From contig JAVYVS010000002.1 of the NCBI GenBank assembly GCA_038727515.1, forward strand, positions 64,001 to 128,000: a DNA stretch of 64,000 nucleotides, in the 5' to 3' direction. The notes under the pieces are model-generated. The model had not been told where the DNA came from. It worked only from the letters and a program-made list of their open reading frames with translations, and did no database searches. Each line of letters starts with the position of its first letter. Positions within the stretch are counted from its first letter, which is position 1. This document shows positions 59,020 through 64,000 of the stretch, piece after piece. A program made the position numbers and the translations under genes. The DNA comes from Candidatus Methanomethylicia archaeon (GTDB lineage: Archaea > Thermoproteota > Methanomethylicia > Culexarchaeales > Culexarchaeaceae).

Positions 59020-60516
59020 GTGGTTTGCGTGTCGTTTGAAGGCTTAGTTTTATCATTAATTTTAGTTCCAATATGCTTTCTACCGGTAACGTATATAGCT
59101 GGTAGACGCCTTGGTAGTAAATGTGGTTGGGTCACCTTTGTCCCATTACTATACTCATTTTTAATATCATTAATACTTCTATCCGCTGTTTCTCTTAAGG
59201 GTTCCATCTACGTGGTATTTCCACTAGCTCCTTCTGTTGGTTTAAATTTTGGATTTCTAATTGATGGTTTAAGTTTACCCATAGTGTTTACAATAACATT
59301 GTTATGTATGGTTGTTTCAATATTCTCAATACCCTACATGGAGCATCATATTGGTGAAGATAAAGCTCAACATGCAGCATACTATGCCTTATATCTACTT
59401 TATGCATTGGGGATGGTTGGTACAGCTTTATCCACAAATTTAATTCAATTCTACTTCTTCTGGGAGCTTATGCTTCTTCCATCTTGGGCTTTAATAAATA
59501 TTTGGGGTTATGGTGAAAGGGAGAAGATTGCATTGAAATACTTTATATATACACATGTGGGTGCATTAGCTCTTTTAGCTGGTATATTAAGCTTATACTC
59601 CATATTTGGGACATTTGAACTTCCATTAATAATATCGTTAAGTAAGTTTATTCATGTTGGAGATATGATTAAGTGGATTACCATAGCCATGTTCTTTGGA
59701 TTTGCTGTTAAAATGGCTATAGTCCCATTACATACATGGCTTCCAGATGCACATGCTGAAGCTCCAACACCTATAAGTGCACTTTTATCTCCAGCTATGA
59801 TTGGACTTGGTGGATATGCAACTGTTAGGATAATATATTCTGCTTTTCCAGAGGTTTGGGATTCCCTCAGTTTCATATTGAGTCTTCTAGCTTTAATAAC
59901 AATGGTTTATTCTGGTGCTATGGCTTTAGCTCAAGATGATATTAAGAGGCTCTTAGCATATTCCAGTGCTTCACAGATGGGATATATTTTAATGGGTCTT
60001 GCAAGTGCAGATCCTATGGGTATTGGTGGAGCTATGTATCATTATGTCAGTCATGGAACTTGTAAAGCTATACTCTTCATGGTTGCAGGGGCAATAATTC
60101 TTGAAGCTCATGGTTTGAGAAGTATATCCAAACTTGGAGGTTTAGCTAAGAAAATGCCTTTAACAGCTACAATGGCGTTAATAGGATTTCTAGGTATTGC
60201 TGGTACACCTCCATTAAATGGTTTTCAAAGTGAATGGCTTATATTTACTGGTGCATTTCATGGAGCTATTGAAGCTCATGATACCTTAAGACTTATTGTA
60301 GTTGCACTTGGACTTATTGGAAGTGTATTAACAGCTGGTTATGCCCTTTGGACTATGAGGAGAGTATTCTTTGGAGAATTACGTGAAGGTTTAGAAGAAG
60401 TTCATGAACCATCAATATACGTTTTAGCTCCAATGATGGTCCTAGCAATATTCACAGTTATACTTGGCATATACCCAAGGCTTTTAATGGATTTATTAAC
60501 ATCCTTTCTAAGTTAA
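59020..60516 (+). CDS. NuoM/MrpD-like antiporter subunit
   Basis: IDGLS, FYFFWELM, KMAIVPLHTWLPDAHAEAP, KRLLAYSS, GFQSE. Confidence 0.92.
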   Translation: MVCVSFEGLVLSLILVPICFLPVTYIAGRRLGSKCGWVTFVPLLYSFLISLILLSAVSLKGSIYVVFPLAPSVGLNFGFLIDGLSLPIVFTITLLCMVVSIFSIPYMEHHIGEDKAQHAAYYALYLLYALGMVGTALSTNLIQFYFFWELMLLPSWALINIWGYGEREKIALKYFIYTHVGALALLAGILSLYSIFGTFELPLIISLSKFIHVGDMIKWITIAMFFGFAVKMAIVPLHTWLPDAHAEAPTPISALLSPAMIGLGGYATVRIIYSAFPEVWDSLSFILSLLALITMVYSGAMALAQDDIKRLLAYSSASQMGYILMGLASADPMGIGGAMYHYVSHGTCKAILFMVAGAIILEAHGLRSISKLGGLAKKMPLTATMALIGFLGIAGTPPLNGFQSEWLIFTGAFHGAIEAHDTLRLIVVALGLIGSVLTAGYALWTMRRVFFGELREGLEEVHEPSIYVLAPMMVLAIFTVILGIYPRLLMDLLTSFLS

Positions 60517-61014
60517 ATTAAGCTTTATACTTTCAATTTTAAGTTTATCTATTTCTATCCCAGCATCATATAAGTTTTTTAATGAATGAATTGTTATTAC
60601 CCCACTAATAATTCCCTCACTCTTATATATTGCCTTCCACTTTAGAGTTGTATGTTTACTTCTACTCCTATACGTTATTTGATGTATAACATCTGCTCTA
60701 ACAATATCAACAATTTCACCACTATGTATTTCAAAGCTACCTACAACCTCTTTTCTATTGGCATTCAACCATATTCTACCGGAAATCTCTGGGTACAAAT
60801 TTTTCTGATTGAAATGCTTCTCTATTATTGGCATATTATTTCTAGCTATAGATATCAATATGAACTTCTTAAATTCATTTAATTTAACTCTCCCCTCAAC
60901 TTTAAATAAAACTTCATTCTTAAGTCTCTCAGCATTTCTCTCAGATAAACATTTATCGCATATCCCACCCTTAGCTTGCCTACCACAGTATATACATTCT
61001 TCTTCAGATGACAT
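60508..61014 (-). CDS. Hypothetical protein with N-terminal Zn finger
   Basis: CIYCG...CDKC. Confidence 0.65.
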   Translation of the reverse strand: MSSEEECIYCGRQAKGGICDKCLSERNAERLKNEVLFKVEGRVKLNEFKKFILISIARNNMPIIEKHFNQKNLYPEISGRIWLNANRKEVVGSFEIHSGEIVDIVRADVIHQITYRSRSKHTTLKWKAIYKSEGIISGVITIHSLKNLYDAGIEIDKLKIESIKLNLT

Positions 61015-61036
61015 TTAATACGCCTCAATACATCAT

Positions 61037-61396
61037 TTAAAGATCGTTTGATCTATCAACGTAATTCTTTATGTATTTCTTAGGCTTTAATGTTTCGATA
61101 ATGTAATTGAAGGCTGCTTCGGGATCTGTTTTCCCACATGTAAATACATCTACTGTAGCATATTTTAGGTATGGCCATGCATGTATCGATATATGTGATT
61201 CCAATACTATCCCTATAACTGCATTATACCCCTCAATACTATATACTTCTACATCAACCAATTTTGCTCTAGCAACTTCAACAGCCTTAATAACTACATT
61301 TCTAAGAAATGTGGGGTCAGCTAAAACATTCTCACTACATCCATATAAGTTTCCATATATATGTTTGCCGACAGCCTTTATCTCCCCCACTTCCAT
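61037..61396 (-). CDS. speD: Pyruvoyl-dependent S-adenosylmethionine (or arginine) decarboxylase proenzyme
   Basis: GKHIYGNLYGC, LE|SHISIH self-cleavage site, DVFTCG. Confidence 0.88.
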   Translation of the reverse strand: MEVGEIKAVGKHIYGNLYGCSENVLADPTFLRNVVIKAVEVARAKLVDVEVYSIEGYNAVIGIVLESHISIHAWPYLKYATVDVFTCGKTDPEAAFNYIIETLKPKKYIKNYVDRSNDL

Positions 61397-61691
61397 TTCA
61401 TTTCTTAAGAATAATTTAAACATAAATTTAAAGCTTTCTATTACTTTATTTCAATTTTTATTAGAAATTTTATTTCTAAAATCATTTTTAAGCATAGTTT
61501 CTACTGAAGTTTACATTTAAACATTAATTTTCAAATTAAATCAAATTTAAACATTTAATTTCCATTCTTTTCCAGAAAAAACATATATTTACCATTTTTT
61601 CCTATTAATCTCCTATATTTTTTCTTTTTGCATATCATTTTTTCATATTGTGCGTTTAATTCAAATATTTCAATTACAATTGATGTATTGT

Positions 61692-63065
61692 ATGGTTAAA
61701 TATAGGTTGTTTGGGACTTCTGGTGTTAGAGGTGAGATAAACTTATTTCTAACTCCAGAATTAGCTGTTAAACTTTCTATGGCTTTTTCAAGATTTTTAG
61801 GGGGATCCGGCGATATTGCTATAGGTTTTGATTCACGTCTCCCCTCTAGAGCTTTAGTTGAAGCATGTATTTCTGGAGCTATGTTTTCTGGTTTAAATGT
61901 TTTCTATCTTGGACTTATACCAACACCAGTACTTTTACATGTGGTTAAGGAATTTAAGCTGGATGGTGCCATTATGGTTTCTGCAAGTCATACTCCACCT
62001 AGATATTGTGGTTTAATCTTTTTTAAGGGTGATACTGGAGAGCTATCTCCAATGGAATCGAAAATTATTGAAGATTTAGTTTTTTCTGAATTTTCAACTT
62101 CTAATGTTTTTGGTTCTTTACATTTTTTGGGTGATGTTAGTGACATATATGTTGAATCTATATTGAGAAATTTTAATTTTGGAAGTTTCAATGATTTAAA
62201 TTTGAAGATTGTTTGTGACATTGGTAATAGTCCATATGCACTATACTTCAATAAGCTTTTTGAATATTTAGGTATTGATTTTATTTCTATTAATTGTCAT
62301 CCAGATGGATTTTTCCCAGGTAGAGGTGCTAATGTGGATGTAAATAGTTTAAGTTATGTTTCTAATATTGTGAAGGGTGGTTTAGCGAATTTCGGTTTTG
62401 GAGTTGATGGTGATGGTGATAGATGTTTATTTGTAGATGAAAATGGCGTAGTTTTGTCTGGTGATATTATTGGAGCATTATTTTCACGTGAAGCTTTACT
62501 TAGGGTTCATAGTGGAATTATTGTTTGCCCAATAAATACTTCAAATATAATACTTGATATTTCAAGTAAATTCAATGGTAAAGTATATTTCACTAGGGTT
62601 GGTCCTCCAGAGATAATTGAAGCTATTAGAAAGATCGATAATGTTGTATTTGCTTTTGAAGAATCTGGTAAATATATTTGGCCTAAAAACATATTGTATG
62701 GAGATCCTGGATATACCCTCATAAAAATGTTGGAAATTATCTTGAAGTATGGATCTATTCATGAAGCAATAAAAGATTTCCCAAGATACTTTCAATTTAA
62801 AACTTCTATTCCATGTCAAGATGATTATAAAAATAAGGTTTTATCCTATTTAAGGTGTAAGTTGGATGTTTTCAATCCTAAGGAGGTTATTGATTTAGAT
62901 GGGTTAAAAATTATTTTAGATGATGGTTGGATATTATTTAGACCTTCTGGAACTGAAGATGTATTTAGAGTTTTCGTTGAGGGATTTGATGAACATAAAA
63001 CTATAAAAATGTTGGATTTAAGTGTAAAACTCGTAAAAGATGCTATTAAAATGCTATCTAAATAG
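61692..63065 (+). CDS. Phosphohexomutase (PMM/PGM/GlmM family)
   Basis: LFGTSGVRG, SASHTP, DGDGDR, FEESG, RPSGTE. Confidence 0.92.
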   Translation: MVKYRLFGTSGVRGEINLFLTPELAVKLSMAFSRFLGGSGDIAIGFDSRLPSRALVEACISGAMFSGLNVFYLGLIPTPVLLHVVKEFKLDGAIMVSASHTPPRYCGLIFFKGDTGELSPMESKIIEDLVFSEFSTSNVFGSLHFLGDVSDIYVESILRNFNFGSFNDLNLKIVCDIGNSPYALYFNKLFEYLGIDFISINCHPDGFFPGRGANVDVNSLSYVSNIVKGGLANFGFGVDGDGDRCLFVDENGVVLSGDIIGALFSREALLRVHSGIIVCPINTSNIILDISSKFNGKVYFTRVGPPEIIEAIRKIDNVVFAFEESGKYIWPKNILYGDPGYTLIKMLEIILKYGSIHEAIKDFPRYFQFKTSIPCQDDYKNKVLSYLRCKLDVFNPKEVIDLDGLKIILDDGWILFRPSGTEDVFRVFVEGFDEHKTIKMLDLSVKLVKDAIKMLSK

Positions 63066-63818
63066 GTCTTTCTCCTCTGGATATATTATATTCTTTATTG
63101 AATCTTCACCCTTTGGATAATCATATCCTCTAATTACAACCACCGGTATCCCTTTACTCTTACCCATTGCAAGTTCTGCTGCTGCAGCAAGTTCATCTAC
63201 AATTGCCATTTGCGTTACTCTTAAAGTGTAGCCATACATATCTTGAGTCCCCCTATAATCCTTTATAACATTTATTCCAGCTATACCTATAGCGAAGTTT
63301 ACATGTCCCCTCCTCCAAGCTCTACCAAATGTATCTGAAATTATTACTGCTACATCTACACCCTTCAACTCTCTTATACGATCTCTAATTCCTCTAGCAG
63401 ATCTATCAGGATCTTCTGGTAATAGTGAAACTATGTCTTCTCCACCTGCAACATTTGATTTATCTATACCAGCATTAGCACATACAAATCCATGTTTTGT
63501 TTCAACTATTAAATGTCCACCCCTCATTCTAACGATCTTATTGCTTTCCCTCAATATCAATTCTACAAGTTCAGGGGTTTTACCAGTTAATTCTGCAACT
63601 CTTTTCGCAAAGGGTGAGGGTTGTATATCACTAAGCTTAACTATTCTACCTTCAGCTTTTGCCACTATTTTACTTGCTACAACTATTATATCATTATCCC
63701 TTAATCCTCCAATTTGTTCTTCAGCTTTCTCACAAATCATCTTTGCAATATCATCTCCAGCCTTTATATCTGGAAAACCCTTTAATCCCACTATGGTTAT
63801 AACATCTTTATCATTCAA
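63054..63818 (-). CDS. cofE: Coenzyme F420-0:L-glutamate ligase
   Basis: SKIVAKAEGR, CANAGIDKSN, LLPEDPD, SDTFGRAWR, DELA, DLFR. Confidence 0.95.
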   Translation of the reverse strand: MNDKDVITIVGLKGFPDIKAGDDIAKMICEKAEEQIGGLRDNDIIVVASKIVAKAEGRIVKLSDIQPSPFAKRVAELTGKTPELVELILRESNKIVRMRGGHLIVETKHGFVCANAGIDKSNVAGGEDIVSLLPEDPDRSARGIRDRIRELKGVDVAVIISDTFGRAWRRGHVNFAIGIAGINVIKDYRGTQDMYGYTLRVTQMAIVDELAAAAELAMGKSKGIPVVVIRGYDYPKGEDSIKNIIYPEEKDLFR

Positions 63819-63999
63819 TTTTTATCACCTTTGAAATAATAATCACTATTATACCACCCCATAAGATAACAGTTAAACTTATTGCTAAGTATGATATAAA
63901 GATGCCTATTTCACCAATTATTATTGCCAACCAATCATATTCTGAAGTTAATAATCTTTGTGATAAATTCAACAGTATATTTGCAATCCATGCAAAGGG
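63811..63999 (-). CDS. Partial membrane protein (C-terminus; gene continues beyond the window)
   Basis: Open hydrophobic frame PFAWIANILL...SKVIKIE*, overlapping the cofE start. Confidence 0.55.
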   Translation of the reverse strand, partial: PFAWIANILLNLSQRLLTSEYDWLAIIIGEIGIFISYLAISLTVILWGGIIVIIISKVIKIE

Positions 64000-64000
64000 T

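Noticed and set aside
61497-61582. Two loosely ORB-like inverted 13-mers flanking an AT-rich 60-bp stretch (possible replication origin)
   Set aside because: Only ~10/13 match to the ORB core, no G-string, and no cdc6/orc1 nearby. More likely a divergent promoter region.
130-63834. Many short antisense or out-of-frame ORFs in the track (e.g. 130-348, 8629-8943, 22140-22481, 47644-48069, 53894-54457, 63433-63834)
   Set aside because: They lie within well-supported genes and have no recognisable motifs; shadow ORFs.
1-64000. CRISPR arrays, rRNA genes, IS transposases, inteins
   Set aside because: No regularly spaced repeats, long GC-rich RNA genes, transposase motifs or intein insertions were seen by eye.

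Overview
AT-rich archaeal chromosomal segment, most likely an anaerobic Thermoproteota (TACK) lineage. PolB1, rpS26e, DUF2286 and class I LysRS occur together with H4MPT/F420 enzymes, consistent with Methanomethylicia/Culexarchaeia-like organisms (inference). Main blocks: (1) a C1 cluster: fwdD-B fusion, fwdA, fwdC, mch, mptN-like, mobA and mer, with cofE at the far end of the window; (2) housekeeping genes (argS, valS, lysS, polB1, trmY, rps26e, endoQ, fau-1, speD, PMM), a HEPN/MNT pair and several pseudogenes; (3) a decayed ~3.6 kb integrative island that appears to have inserted into the 5' (D-arm) end of tRNA-Arg(CCG) and to supply the tRNA's new 5' end and promoter, carrying an ArsR/ferredoxin/Fe-S cargo; (4) two tandem C/D-box sRNAs with tRNA-like targets; (5) a prepilin peptidase with pilin-like genes; (6) a dispersed complex-I-like subunit set (NuoA,B,C,D,H,I,J,K,L,M,N homologues) whose large subunit keeps all four [NiFe] cysteines; (7) embedded in that set, an A/V-ATPase membrane/rotor module (a, c, C/d, possibly a divergent D) with no catalytic A/B genes in the window. 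No CRISPR array or rRNA gene was seen. All family calls come from motif recognition, not database searches.
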